From: the human T2T-CHM13v2.0 reference genome, Homo sapiens
Assembly: GCA_009914755.4 (NCBI GenBank)
Contig: CP086569.2
Location: 11,008,001 to 11,072,000, forward strand
Direction of reading: 5' to 3'
DNA length: 64,000 nucleotides
A program made the translations under genes and the position numbers. Positions 25,139 through 38,745 of this stretch are shown here, in pieces (position 1 is the first letter of the stretch; each line of letters opens with the position of its first letter). The notes beneath the pieces are model-generated. The model was given only the letters and a program-made list of their open reading frames with translations, was not told the origin of the DNA and searched no databases.

Positions 25139-25334
25139 TCCATTGCATTCCAATCCATTCCACTCCACTCCACTCCACTGCATTTCATTCCACTCCACTC
25201 CACTCCATTCCATTCCATTCCATTTTACTGCACTCCAATCCAATCCACTGAACTCCACTCCACTCCATGGCACTCCACTCCGTTCCTTTCCCTTCTGTTC
25301 CACTCCATTCCATTCTACACCATTGCATTCCATT

Positions 25335-25412
25335 CCTTTATTTTCAGTGGATCTCACTCTGTCACTCAGAATGAATTGCAGTGCCCCAATTTTAGCTCAC
25401 ATTTCATTCACC
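25335..25412 (-). mobile_element. Alu-derived fragment module, copy 47
   Basis: GTGGATCTCACTCTGTCACTCAGAATGAATTGCAGTGCCCCAATTTTAGCTCAC. Confidence 0.75.
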
Positions 25413-26645
25413 ATTCAATTCCATTCCGTTCCATACAATTCCTTTGAATTCCATTCATTCCACTGAATTCTCATACAGTCCAATCACCTCCACTCCACTC
25501 CTCTCTGTTCCATTCCTTTCTGCTCCATTCACTTCCATTCTTTTCCATTCCATTCCACTCCAATGCATTCCATTCCACTCCATTGCACTACAGTCCACTC
25601 CAGTCCACTCCACTGCACTCCATTCCATTCCATTCAACTACATTTTGATTCACTCTCTTCAACTTTACTACACTACTCTCCACTCCACCCAAATCCACTC
25701 CATTCCCTCCACTCCACTAAAGTCTACTTCATTCAACCGCAGTCCACTCCATTCCATTCCTTTCCATTCCATTCTATTCCATTCCACTCCCCTGCAGTCC
25801 TCTCCACTCAATTCCCTTCCATTCCACTACAGTCCCCTCCTTTCCATTCCACAGCACACCAATCCCCTCCACTCAACTCTTCTCCACTCCACTTTGCTCT
25901 ACTCACTTCTGTTACTTTCCATTCCATTACATTCCATTCTTTCCATTACACCAGTCCATTCCACTGCATTCCATTCCATTCCATTCCATTCCACTGCACT
26001 CCGATCCACTCCACTCAACACCATGACACTCCATTCCACTTGAATCCATTACGCTCTGTTCCATACTATTCCATTACATACCATTCCATTCCACTGCACT
26101 CCATTCTAGTCCACTCAACTCCATTCCAATCCATTCCACGCAATTCCACTCCATTACTTTCCATTCCATTCCACACCATTCCACTCCATTCCATTCCACC
26201 CTATTCCAATCTATTCCACTCCCATCCATTCCACTCCACTCCACTCAATTCCACTCAAGTCCACTCCATTGCATTCCATTCCTTTCCATTTGACTCCACT
26301 GCATTCCGATCCACTCCACTCAACTTCAATCCATTCTACTCCACTCCACTCTGTTCCATTTGATTCCATTCCATTCAGTTCCATTCCATTCCATTCCATT
26401 CCATTCCATTCCATTCCATTTCATTCCATTTAACTCGAATCCATTCCATTCTGATCCATTCCATTCCACTCCACTCCACTGTACTCCACTGCATGCCATT
26501 CCATTACATTCAATTCCATTCCAATGCATTCTGAGCCACTCCACTCCACTCCACTCCACTCCATTCCATTCCTTTCCCTTCCATTCCGTTCCTTTCCATT
26601 CCTTTCCACTGCATTCCATTCCACTCCACTCCATTCCACTCCATT

Positions 26646-27053
26646 CCATTTCACTACATTCCATTCCATTCCACTCCACTCCATAGGACTCCACTCCTTC
26701 TATTCCATTCCAATCCACTCCATTCCATTCCATTCCAATCCAATCCACTCCATTCCGCTCCAGTCCATTCCAATCCACTCCGTTCCTCTCCAATCCACTC
26801 CAATCCACTCCATTCACTTCCATTCCACTCCACTCCATTCAACTCCATTCCATTTCACTACATTCCATTCCATTCCACTCCACTCCATAGGACTCCACTC
26901 CTTCTATTCCATTCCAATCCACTCCATTCCATTCCATTCCAATCCAATCCACTCCATTCCGCTCCAGTCCATTCCAATCCACTCCGTTCCTCTCCAATCC
27001 ACTCCAATCCACTCCATTCACTTCCATTCCACTCCATTTCATTCCATTCCATT
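26646..27053. repeat. Near-identical 204-bp tandem duplication (2 copies) inside the satellite
   Basis: CCATTTCACTACATTCC...CCATAGGACTCCACTCCTTCTATTCC...TTCACTTCCATTCCACTCC occurs at 26646-26849 and again at 26850-27053 with almost no differences. The ORF track shows identical peptides from both copies. Confidence 0.85.
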
Positions 27054-27173
27054 ACACTGTACTCAACTCCACTCCAGTCCACTCCACTCCTTTCCACTCC
27101 GCTCTACTCCGTTAGAATCCATCCAATTCCACTCCACTCCATTCCATTCCATTCTACTTCATTCCATTCAATT

Positions 27174-27253
27174 GCTTTATTTCAACTGTTTCTCACTCTG
27201 TCAAAAGAGTGGAGTGCTGTGGCACAATCTTAGCTCAGATTTCATTTCACCAT
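27174..27253 (-). mobile_element. Alu-derived fragment module, copy 48
   Basis: TGTTTCTCACTCTGTCAAAAGAGTGGAGTGCTGTGGCACAATCTTAGCTCAG. Confidence 0.75.
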
Positions 27254-27900
27254 TCCATTCCATTCTATTCCATTCCATTCCATTCTATTCCTTTCCATTC
27301 AATTCAATTCCATTGCATTCCACACAACTCCACTCAAGTCCAGCCTACTCCACTCCACTTCATCCCACTCCACTCCATTCCTTTCCATTCCACACCACTG
27401 CATTCCATTCCATTTCACTCCATTCTAATCCATTCCATTCCATTCCACTGCACTCCGATCCACTCCACTGAAATCGAAACCACTCCACTCCACTACATTC
27501 TATTCCATTCCTTTCCGTTATGTTCACTTCCACTCCATTCCTTTCCACTTCATTGCATTCCACTCCATTTCACGCCATTCTACTCCATTCCACTCCAACT
27601 CCAGTCGAACCCACTCCATTGCATTCAAATCCATTCCATTCAATTCCACTCCTTTCCATTCCTATCCATTCCACTCCATTCCACTCCACTCCATTCCGTT
27701 ACAATACATTCCACTACATTCCATTAAAATCCACTCCATTTCATTCCATTCCACTCCAGTCCACTTTATTCCACTCCACTCCATACCACTCCACTCCATT
27801 CCTCTTAACTCCACTCCGTTCCTCTCCACTCCACTCCATACCACTCCGTTCCAGTCCACTCCATTCCATTTCATTCCATTCTATTCCATTCCATTGAATT

Positions 27901-27980
27901 CCTTTATTTCGACAGGATCTCACTCTCTCACCCATACTGGAGTGCAGTAGCACAATCTTAGCTCACATTTCATTTCACTA
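27901..27980 (-). mobile_element. Alu-derived fragment module, copy 49
   Basis: TTTCGACAGGATCTCACTCTCTCACCCATACTGGAGTGCAGTAGCACAATCTTAGCTCAC. Confidence 0.8.
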
Positions 27981-28362
27981 TTTCATTCCTTTCCATTCCT
28001 TTGGATTTCATTCCATTCCACTCTATTCTACTTCACTCCACTTCACTCCATTCCATTCCATGCTGTTCCATTCCATTCAGTTCCATTTCATTTCACTGCA
28101 CTCCAATCCATTCTACTCAACTCCATTACACTCCACCACACTCCACTCTGTTCCTTTCTGTTGTGTTCTGATATGATCCCTTCTATTCCTATCTGTCCCA
28201 TTCCACTCCACTCCATTCAACTGCAATCCAATCCACTCAACTCCACTACATTCCACTCCACTCCATTCAATTCCACTCCATTCCACTTCACGATACTCTA
28301 TTCCACTCCACTCCACTCCATTCCATTCCATTCCATTCCATACTACGTGATTCCATTCCATT

Positions 28363-28440
28363 CCTTTATTTCTACTGGATATCTCTCTGTCACCCATACT
28401 GGAGTACATTGGCACAATCTTAACTAATAATTCATTCCAC
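28363..28440 (-). mobile_element. Alu-derived fragment module, copy 50
   Basis: TGGATATCTCTCTGTCACCCATACTGGAGTACATTGGCACAATCTTAACTAAT. Confidence 0.7.
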
Positions 28441-29399
28441 CATTCCATTTCACTTCATTCCATTCCATTCTATTCCACTCCACTGCACTCGCCTCCACTC
28501 TACTCCACCACCTGTTACATTCCATTCCACTCCATTCCATTCCATTCCATTTCATGTCATTCCATACCATTCCATTCCATTCCATTCCATTTCACTGCAC
28601 TCCAATCCACTCCACTCAACTCCACTCCACTCCCTTCCATTCCACTCCACTCCGTTCTATTCCTTTGCTTTCCATTCCATTCCATTCCATTCCGTTCCAT
28701 TCCTTTCCCTTCTATTCCATTCCATTCCATTCAACTCCACTGAATTCAATTCCACTCCATTCCACTTCATTCCATTCCACTCGTCTCCATTCCCTTCCAC
28801 TCCATTCCTTTCCATTGCACTCTAATCCACTCCATTCCATTCCATTCCATAACACTCCACTGCATTCAATTCCATTCAACTCCATCCCATTCCATTCCAC
28901 CCCATTCCATTCCATTCCTCTCCATTCCACACCAATCCACTCCACTCAACCCCAATCCACTCCACTCAACTCCTCTCCATTCCACTCGACTCCACTCCAC
29001 TCCTCTTTGTTCCATTCCACTCCACTCCATTCCATTCCACCCCATCCCATTCCAAACTACTCCACTCCATTCCACTCCACCATACTCCATACCGTTCCAC
29101 CTCATTCTACTCCATTCCTTTCCATTCCATCCCATTTCATTCCATTCCACTGAATTCCATTCCACTTCAATCCACTCTACTCAAATCCACTCCAGTCCAA
29201 TCCACTCCACTCTATTCCATTCCATTCCATTCCTTTTCATTCCTTTCCATTCCATCCCATTCCATTCCATTCAACTCCACTCCATTCCATACCACTACAT
29301 TAAACTCCATTCCACTCCACTCAACTCTACTCCACTCCACTCCATTGCATTCCATTTCATTCCACTGAACTCCGGTGTAATCGACTCAAATCCACGCCA

Positions 29400-30290
29400 C
29401 TCCACTACATTCCATTCTGCTCCGTTCCATTCCGTTCTGTTCCGTTCCATTCCAGTCCAGTCGATTCCATTCCACTCCTCTCCATTCCACTGAACTCCAC
29501 CCCACCCCTCTCCACTCCATTCTATTTCACTCCAAACCTTTTCATTTCATTCTATATCATTCCATTCCATTCCACTGCAATCCGATCCACTCAACTCAAC
29601 CCCACGTTATTCCAATCCACTCTACTCCATTCCATTCTACTCTATTCCATTCCACTATACTGCACTCCATTCCATTTCATGGCTTTCCTTTCCCTTCCAT
29701 TTCACTACACTCCGTCCACTCCACTAAATTCCACTCCACTCCACTCCTTTCCATTCCATTCCATTCTGCACCTTTCCATTAAATTCCTTTCTGTTCCATT
29801 CCATTCCTTTTCACTCCACTCAATTACATTCCACTCCATTGCATTCCATTCCACTCTACTCCACTCCGTTGCATTCGGTTCGATTCCGTTCCATTCCACT
29901 CCACTCCATTCCGTTCCACTCCACTCAATTCGACTCTGCTCCACCACACCCCTCTCCACTCCATTCCATTTCACTCCAATCATTCTCACTTCATTCCATA
30001 TCATTAAAATCCATTCCATTGCAATCCAATCCACTACACTAAACTCCATTCTACTGCACTCCTCTCTACTCCATTCCATTATACTCCATTCCATTCCACT
30101 ACACTACATTCCATTCCATTTCATGGCTTTCCATTCCCTTCCATTTCACTGCACTCCGTCCACTCCACTCAATTCCACTCCACTCTAATCCATTCCTTTC
30201 TGTTCCATTACAGTCTTCTCCTTTCCATTAAATTCCATTCCATTCCATTCAATTCCACTTCACTCCACTCAATTCCATTCCACTCCGTTC
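29400..30290. repeat. ~445-bp tandem repeat (2 diverged copies) within an Alu-fragment-free block
   Basis: The motif CATGGCTTTCC(T/A)TTCCCTTCCATTTCACT(A/G)CACTCCGTCCACTCCACT occurs at 29679 and 30123. TTCATTC(T/C)ATATCATT...CCATTGCAATCC(G/A)ATCCACT occurs at 29538 and 29989. The CCACCCCTCTCCACTCC blocks are at 29490 and 29940. Confidence 0.7.
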
Positions 30291-30794
30291 TATTCCATTC
30301 CACTCCACTCCACTCAACTCCATTCCATTTCATTCCATTCCCTCCCAATCCATTCCATTCCACTGTATTCCATTCCATTGCACTCCATTCCACTCCACTC
30401 CTTCTCGTTTAATTAAATTACTTTCCACTCCATTCCACTCCACTCCACTCCTCTCCTCTCCATTGTGTTCCACTCCATTCCATTCCATTCTATTTCACTC
30501 ACTTCCTTTCTGTTCCACTCTAGTCCACTACATTCTACTCCACTGTACTCCACTCCATTCCACTACAATCTGTTCCACTCTACTCCATTCCACTCCACTG
30601 CTCTTCATTCCAATCCATTCCTTTCCATTCCACCCCATTCCATTTCATTCAATTCCACTTCATTCCACTCCTTTCCATTCCACTCAAATCCACTCCACTC
30701 CATTCCACTCCACTCCACTCCACTCCAGTCCATTCCACTACATACCATTCCACTCCTCTCCATTCCATTCCATTCTATGGCATTTCATTCCATT

Positions 30795-30872
30795 CCTTTA
30801 TTTCAACTGGGTATCACTCTGTCACCCAGACTGGAGTTCAGTCCCAAATTTTAGCTCACATTTCATTTCACC
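30795..30872 (-). mobile_element. Alu-derived fragment module, copy 51
   Basis: TGGGTATCACTCTGTCACCCAGACTGGAGTTCAGTCCCAAATTTTAGCTCAC. Confidence 0.75.
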
Positions 30873-31151
30873 ACTCCATTCCATTCCATTTCATTCCATT
30901 CCATTCCATTCCATTCCCTTCCATTTCATTCTACTTCATTCCACTGCACTTTTATCCTCTACACTCAACTCCAGTCCACTCCACTCGGTTCAATTCCATT
31001 CCGTGTCATTCCGTTCTGTTCTGTTCCATTCCACTCCATTCCATTCCACTCCACTCCATTCAACTCCACTCCTCTCGATTCCACTCCTATCCACTCCAAT
31101 CCACTATACTCCACTCCACTCCATTCCATGCCACTGCATTCCATTCCATTC

Positions 31152-31227
31152 CTTTATTTCGACTGAATCTCTCTCCGTAACCCTGACTAGGATGCAGTGG
31201 CAGAATCTTAGCTAACATTTCATTTCT
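31152..31227 (-). mobile_element. Alu-derived fragment module, copy 52
   Basis: TTTCGACTGAATCTCTCTCCGTAACCCTGACTAGGATGCAGTGGCAGAATCTTAGCTAAC. Confidence 0.65.
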
Positions 31228-32475
31228 TCTTTTCATTGCATTACATTTCATTGCATTCCATTCCATTTCATTCCATTCCACTGCAGTCAGATCCATTCCA
31301 CTCAGTTCCACTCCACTCCACTCAACTCCATTCCAATCCACTCCACTCCATTCCATTACACTCCTTTCCATTCTTTTCCATTCCATTTCACTCCATTCCA
31401 CTCCAATCCAATCCACTCCACTCCACTCCTCTCCACTGAACTCCTTTCCATTCTGTTCCATTCCATTCCATTTGACTGCACTCCAATCCACTCCAATTTA
31501 TTCCACACCACTCCAGGCCACTCCACTCCGTTCCATTCCATACTGTTCCATTCCATACCGTTCCATTCTGTTCCGTTCCATTCCACTCCATTCCATTCCA
31601 CTTCATTCCATTCTACTCCAGTCTCTTTAACTCCATCCCACTCCATTCCACTCCATTCCACTCTACTCCATTCCACCACAATCCACTCCACTCCAATCTG
31701 TTCCGATCCCCTCTATTCCATTCTTTTCCATTCCATTTCATTCCGTTTGATTCCATTCCATTCCACTGCACTCCGTTCAATTCCACTCCATTCCACTCCA
31801 CTCCACTCCACTCCACTCCACTCCACTCCACTCCACTCCATTCCATTCCATTCCATTCCATTCCATTCCTTTCTATTCCATTCCACTCCATTCCATTCCC
31901 CTCCATTCTATTCAACTCCACTCCAATTCACTCCACTCTCATTCACTCCCCTCAACTCCACAGCATTCCATTCCAGTGTATTTTATTCCACTCCATTCCA
32001 CTCAATTTCATTCCATTATATTCCACTCCACTCCATTCCACTCCAATCCATTTCATCCATTACACTCCATTCTACCCCATTCCACTCCATTCCACTCCTC
32101 TCCATTCCATTAAATTCCACTCCATTCCATTCTGTTCCATTCCATTCCACTCCGCTCCACTCCACTACATTCCAGTCCACTGCATTCAGCTCCACTCCAC
32201 TTGATTCCACTGCATTCGTCTATAATCTACTCCATTCCCGTCCTTTCCATTCCATTCCATTCCATTCCACTGCACTCTGATACACTCCACTTGACTCCAC
32301 ACCACCTAACGTCACTGCACACCATTCCATTCCATGCTGTTCCATTCCATTCCGTTCCATTTCACTACATTCAATTCCACTCCCCTCCATTCCACTCCAG
32401 TCCATTTCACTCAATTCCCTACAACTCCACTCCTCTCCACTCCACTCCATTCCATGAATTCCATTCCCTTCCATT

Positions 32476-32553
32476 CCTTTATTTCGACTGAAATCACTCT
32501 GTTACCCAGACTGGAGTGCAATGGCACAATCTTAGCTCACATTTCATTTCACC
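32476..32553 (-). mobile_element. Alu-derived fragment module, copy 53
   Basis: TTTCGACTGAAATCACTCTGTTACCCAGACTGGAGTGCAATGGCACAATCTTAGCTCAC. Confidence 0.8.
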
Positions 32554-35451
32554 TTTCCTTTCTATTCCTTTCCATTCCATTCCATTCCATTCCATTCCAT
32601 TCCATTCCATTCCATTGCATTGTGTTCCACTGCACTTCGATTCACTCCACTCAACTCCACTCCACTTCCTTCCCTTCCTGTCCATTCCTTTGCGTTCCAT
32701 TCCATTCAATTCCATTCCATTGCATTCCACTCAATTCTATTCCAATCCACTACATTTCTCTCCATTCCCCACCATTCCACTCCACGGCACTACATTTCTC
32801 TCTACTCCACTTTATTTGATTCCACTCCATTCCACTCCATTCCACCCAATTCCGTTTCTGTCCATCCTGCTCCATTCCACTCCATTCCACTGCAATCCAT
32901 TCCACACCACTCCAGTCTGTTCCATAAGTTCCATTCCATTGTGTTCCATTCCATTTCTTTCCTTTCAATCCCATTCCACTCCACTCCATTCCATTCCACT
33001 CCATTCCATCCACTCCACTCCTTTCCACTCCATTGCACTCCACTCTACTCCATTTCATTCCATTCCACTGCACTCTGATCCATTCCACTTTACTCCTCAC
33101 CACTCAATGCAACTCCACTCCATTTCTTTCCTTGCCTTTCCTTTCCATACCCTTCCATTCCTTTCCATTCCACTCCTTTCCATTCCACTTCACTCCATTG
33201 CACTCCACTCCTGTTAACTCCATTCCAGTCCACTCCACTCTGCTCCACTCCACTCCATGCCACTCCACTAAATTCCATTCCACTACATTCCATTCCATTC
33301 CAATTTATTCAATTCCATTCGTTTCCACTCTTTTCCACTCCATCCCCCTCCACTCTATTCCACTCCACTTCATTCCACTCTTCTCCACTCCAGTCCACTC
33401 AATTCCATTCCATTCCACTCCACCCCATTCCATTCCATTCTACTCCATTCCACTCCAGTCCAATCCACTCCACTTCATATCACTCTTCTTCAATCCATTC
33501 CATTGTATTCCACTCCATTCCATTCCATTCCACTGCACTCCTTCTCATTGCACTATTTCACTCCATTCCACTACTTCCCAATCCAGTCCACTCCATTCCA
33601 CTGAGATCCCCTCCATTCAATTCCACTCCAATCCACACCATTCCATTCCATTCCATTTCATTCCATTCCATTCCATTACACCCCATTCCATTCCACTCAT
33701 CTCCAATCCACTCCACTCCACTCCGCTGCATTCCACTCCACTCAAATCCATTCCATTTTATTTTCTTCCACTCCAGTCCAATACATTCATTTCCACTCCA
33801 TTCCATTCCACTGTACTGCATTCCTTTCCACTCCACTCCACTCAATTCCGTTACATTTCTTTCCTTTCCATTCCATTGCGTTCCATTCCACTCCTCTCCA
33901 TTCCATTCCCATCGATTCCACTTTATTCCCCTCGATTCCACTCCACTCTGCTGCACTCCACTCTATTCTATTCCATTTCTTTCCATTCCACTGCACTGTG
34001 ATCCAATCCACTTAACTCAACTCCAATCCGCTCCACTCAAATCCATTCCATTCCACTCCATTCCATTCCATTCCATTCCATTCCATTCCATTCCATTCCA
34101 TTCCATTCCTCTGCACTCAGTTCCACTCCACTCAACTCCAATCCACTCCATTCCTTTCGATTCTGTTCTGTTCCACACCGTTCCATTGCATTCCATTCCA
34201 CTCCACTGCATTCCATTCTACTCCTTTCCATTCCAATCCATTCTAATCCATTACCCTGCATTCCACTCCTCTCCACTACATTCCACTCCACTCCACTCCG
34301 TTGCTTTCCTTTCCTTTCTGTTCAGTTCTGTTCCATTCCATTCCATTCCATTGAGGTCCATTCCACTCCATTGTTCTCCACTCCATTCCTCTCCAGTCCA
34401 TGCCACTCCACTCCACTCCGATCCACTACATTCAATTCCGTTTCCTTCTTTTCCATTACATTCCACACAATTCCATTCCATTGCATTCCATTGCACTCCC
34501 TTTACGTTCCTTTCAACTTCACTCCACTCCACTCAACTCCATTCATTTCCACTCCTATCCCCTCCATTCCACTCCACTCCACTCCATTGCATTTCACTCC
34601 ACTCCAGTCTATTCCACACCATTCCATTACACTCAATTCCATTCAACTCCATTCCAATCCATTGCATTCCATTCTGCTCCACTCCATTCCATTCCATTCC
34701 ATTACACTCAATTCCATTCCATTCCTCTCCACTCCACTCCAATCCACTCCACTGAATTCCATTCCATTTTATTTGACTGCAATCCGTTACACTCCACTGA
34801 ACACTCCACTGTACCTCACTGCATTCCTTTTCGTTCCCTTCCATTCAGTTCGCTTCTATTTCATTCCATTCCATTCCATTCCATTCCACTCTACCTCCTT
34901 CCACTCTTCCCCATTTCACTCCATTCCACTCCATTCCACTACTCTCCACTCCAATCCACTCCAATCAATTCCCTTCCACTCCAGTCCATTCCATTCCATT
35001 CTATTCCATTCCACACCATTCCACTCAATTAAACTCAACTCCATTCCAGTACACTCAATTCAACTACACCCCACTACATTCCACTCCATTCCATTCCGTT
35101 CCACTCCATTCCATTCCATTTCATTCCATTCCATTCCATTCCGTTCCATTCCGTTCCATTCCGTTTCATTGCATTCCATTCCATTCCATTCCATTCCATT
35201 CCATTCCATTCCATTCCATTCCATTCCATTCCATTCTAATCCACTCCACTCCATTGCTCTCCACGTCACTTAATTCTATTCCTTTCCATTCCATTTCTTT
35301 TCACTGCACTCTGATCCACTCTTTTCATCTCAACTCCACTTCTCTCCACTACACTCCATTCCATTCAGTTTTATTCCATTTTTTTCCATTCCATTCCATT
35401 CCATTCCTCTGCACTCCATTCCATTCCCTTCTACTACATTCCATTCCATTC

Positions 35452-35530
35452 CTTTATTTCGACTGGAACTCAGTCTGTCACTCAGACAGAAGTGCAGTTG
35501 CACAAGCTTAGATCAAATTTCTTTCCACAA
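35452..35530 (-). mobile_element. Alu-derived fragment module, copy 54
   Basis: TTTCGACTGGAACTCAGTCTGTCACTCAGACAGAAGTGCAGTTGCACAAGCTTAGATCAA. Confidence 0.7.
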
Positions 35531-36392
35531 TTCCATTCCATTCCATTCCATTCCTTTCCATTCCGTTCCATTCCATTCCATTCCATTCCATTCCATTCCT
35601 TTCTACTCCACTCCACTTTACTCCACTAGACTCCACTCCATTCCTTTCCTTTCCACTGCACTCTGATCCACTCCTCTAAGCTCCACTCCACTTTCTTCCT
35701 TTCTTTTACATTCCTTTTCATTCCGTTCCATTAAATTCCTTTCCATTCATTCCATTCCACTCCACTCCATTGCATACCATTGCGTTTTTCTTCATTCCAC
35801 TCCACTCCACTCCATTCTACTCAACTCTACTACACTAAACTCCACTACATTCCATTCCATTCCATTCCAACCCAGTGCACTCCGATCATCTCCACTCCAC
35901 TCCACTCCATTCCCTTCTCTTCCATCCCATTCTGCTCCTTTCCACTCCATTCCTTTCCACTCCACTCCCTTCCACTACTCTGAATTTCACTCCTTTAAAC
36001 TCCATTCCTTTCTCCTCCACCCCACTCCACTCCATTTAATTCTGCTCCATTCCATTCCATTCCACTACATTTCATTCCATTCCATTTCACTCCATTAAAC
36101 TCCACTCCATTCCACTACACTCCATTCCACTCCACTCCATTCCACACCATTCCATTCCATTCCACTCCATTCCACTCCATTATACTTCACTCCATTCCAC
36201 TCCGCTCGACTTCATTCCACTGAACTCCATTCCATTCCCGTGTATTCCTGTCCACTCCATTCCACTACATTCTACCCCGTTCCACTCCACTCCATTCCAG
36301 TTCACTCCATTCCACTCCAATCTACTTCATTACACTCCTTTCCACTCGAATCCACTCCATTCCATTCCATTCTACTCTGTTCCATTCCATTC

Positions 36393-36472
36393 CTTTATTT
36401 CGAATGGATCTCACTCAGTCACCCCAGACTGGAGTGCAGTTCCACAATCTTAGCTCATATTTCATTTCACCA
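36393..36472 (-). mobile_element. Alu-derived fragment module, copy 55
   Basis: GGATCTCACTCAGTCACCCCAGACTGGAGTGCAGTTCCACAATCTTAGCTCAT. Confidence 0.8.
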
Positions 36473-37344
36473 TTCCATTGCATTCCATTCCATTCCATTT
36501 CATTCCATTCCATTCTATTGCATTCCTTTCAATTCCTTTCCACTCAGCTCCACTGCACTCTTCTCCACTACGCTCCTTCCTATTAAATTCCATACCAGTC
36601 TACTACAATTTTCTCCACTGTACTACATTCCACTCCACTCCACTCCACTCAACTCCACTGCACTTCATTCCATTTCGTTTCATTCCTTTCTGTTCCATTC
36701 CATTCCATTCTGTTCCATCCTAAACCAATCCACTCTACTCCATTCCATTCCACTCCATTTCACTCCACACCACTCCACTCCACACCACTCCATTCCATTC
36801 CATTCCATTACATTCCACTTCACTCCGATCCACTCCACTCAACTCCACTCCAATCCACTTCGTTCCATTCTGTTCCATGCCTTTGCACTCCATTCCATTC
36901 CATTCCACTGCATTCCAGTCCAGTCCATTTCACACCATTCCACTCCATTCCACTCTGCTCCATTCCACTCCACTCCTTTCCATTCCACTGCATTCCATTC
37001 CATTCCACTCCACTCCATTCCATTCCACACCATGAATCTCCTTTCCTCTCCACTTCATTTCACTTCACTCCATTCCACTCCACTCCCCTCCACTCCATAT
37101 CACTCCACTCCTTTCCATTCCATTCCACTCCATTCCACTCCACTCTTTCCACTACACTCCACTCCACTTCTTTCCATTCCATTCTATTCCACTCAATTCT
37201 ACTCCACATCATTCAACTCCACTCAACTACATTCCACTCCATTCCATTCCATTCCACTTCTTTGCATTCCACTCCTCTCCATTTCACTCTATTCCATTCC
37301 ACTCCTTTGAATTTCATTGCATTCTACTCCATTCTATTCCGTTC

Positions 37345-37425
37345 CTCTATTTTGAATGAATCTCACTCTGTCTCCCAGACTGCAGTGTAGTGTCACAATC
37401 TTAGCTCACTTTTAATTTCACCATT
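37345..37425 (-). mobile_element. Alu-derived fragment module, copy 56
   Basis: ATCTCACTCTGTCTCCCAGACTGCAGTGTAGTGTCACAATCTTAGCTCAC. Confidence 0.75.
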
Positions 37426-37973
37426 CCATTCCACTCCATTTCATTTTATTCCACTCCTCTCCACTTCACTACACTCCACTCTACTCCATTCCATTCCATT
37501 CCATTCCACTTTATTCTGATCCACTCCACTCAACTCCACTCCAGTCCACTCCACTCCGTTCAGTTCCTTTGCATTCCATTCCATACCATTCCACCCCACG
37601 CCACTCCACTCAACTGCACGCCACTCCGCTCTATTGTATTCCATTCCACTGCACTCCAACCCAATCCACTCAACTCCACTCCAGTCCACTCCAATACATT
37701 CCTTTCCTTTCTGTTCCCTTCTGTTCCGTTCCTTTCCTCCCCTTTCCATTCCAATCCATTCCGTTGCACTGCACTCTAATTCACTCTATTCCACTCCATT
37801 CCGCTCCACTCCACTCCATTCCACTCCATTCCATTCCATTCCAATCCATTCCATTCAATTCCTTTCCACTCCATTCCACTCCCCTCCATTCCAGTCCACT
37901 CAACTACATTCCACTCCATTCCATTCCTCAAAACTCCGGTATATTCGACTCTATTCCATTCCTTTCCTTTCCA

Positions 37974-38052
37974 TTATTTCTTCTTCATCTCACTCTGTCA
38001 CCCCGACTGGGGTGTGGTGGCAGAATCTTAGCCTACATTTCATTACACCAGT
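37974..38052 (-). mobile_element. Alu-derived fragment module, copy 57
   Basis: CATCTCACTCTGTCACCCCGACTGGGGTGTGGTGGCAGAATCTTAGCCTAC. Confidence 0.75.
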
Positions 38053-38667
38053 CCATTCCATTCCATTCCATTCCATTCCATTCCATTCCATTCCATTCCA
38101 TTCCATTCCATAGCATTCCATTCCATTCCATTTCATTCCACCGAACTCCTCTCTACTGCAATCCACTCTACTTCGTTCTGTTCCATTCCATTCCATTCCA
38201 TTTCCGTCCACTCAACTCCATTCCGTTCCACTCCTTTCGACTCCACTCCTCTCCACTCTGTTCTATTCTGTTCCTTTCCATTACGTTCCATTCCATAGCA
38301 TTCCACCCCATTCCAATCCACTCCATTTTATTCCACTCCACACATATCACTCAATAAAACTCCACTCCACTCCATTCCAGTCTTCTCCATTGCATCCCAT
38401 TCCACTTCATTTCATTCAATTTGATTCCACTCATTTCCACTCTATTCTACTGCTCTCCATTCATCACCACTACATTCCACTCCACTCCACTCCTTTCCAC
38501 TCCATTCCATTCCACTCCACTTCATTCCTTTGCATTCCACTCCATTCCCCTCCATTCCACTTAACTTTAATCTCTTCCACTCCAATCCACTCCACTCCAT
38601 TCCATTCCACTCCATTCTATTCCACTGCACTCCATTCCATTTCATTCTACTCCATTCCATTCCATTC

Positions 38668-38745
38668 CTTTATTTCGACTGGCTCTCAGTCTGTCACCAA
38701 GACTTTAGTACAGTGGGACAACATTAGAATACATTTCATTTCACC
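38668..38745 (-). mobile_element. Alu-derived fragment module, copy 58 (diverged)
   Basis: TTTCGACTGGCTCTCAGTCTGTCACCAAGACTTTAGTACAGTGGGACAACATTAGAATAC. Confidence 0.6.

Noticed and set aside
31780-31860. Long pure (CACTC)n/(CATTC)n runs, e.g. 31780-31870, 12180-12290 and 35090-35250, as possible distinct microsatellites
   Set aside because: They are simply the most homogeneous stretches of the same satellite pentamer, not separate elements.
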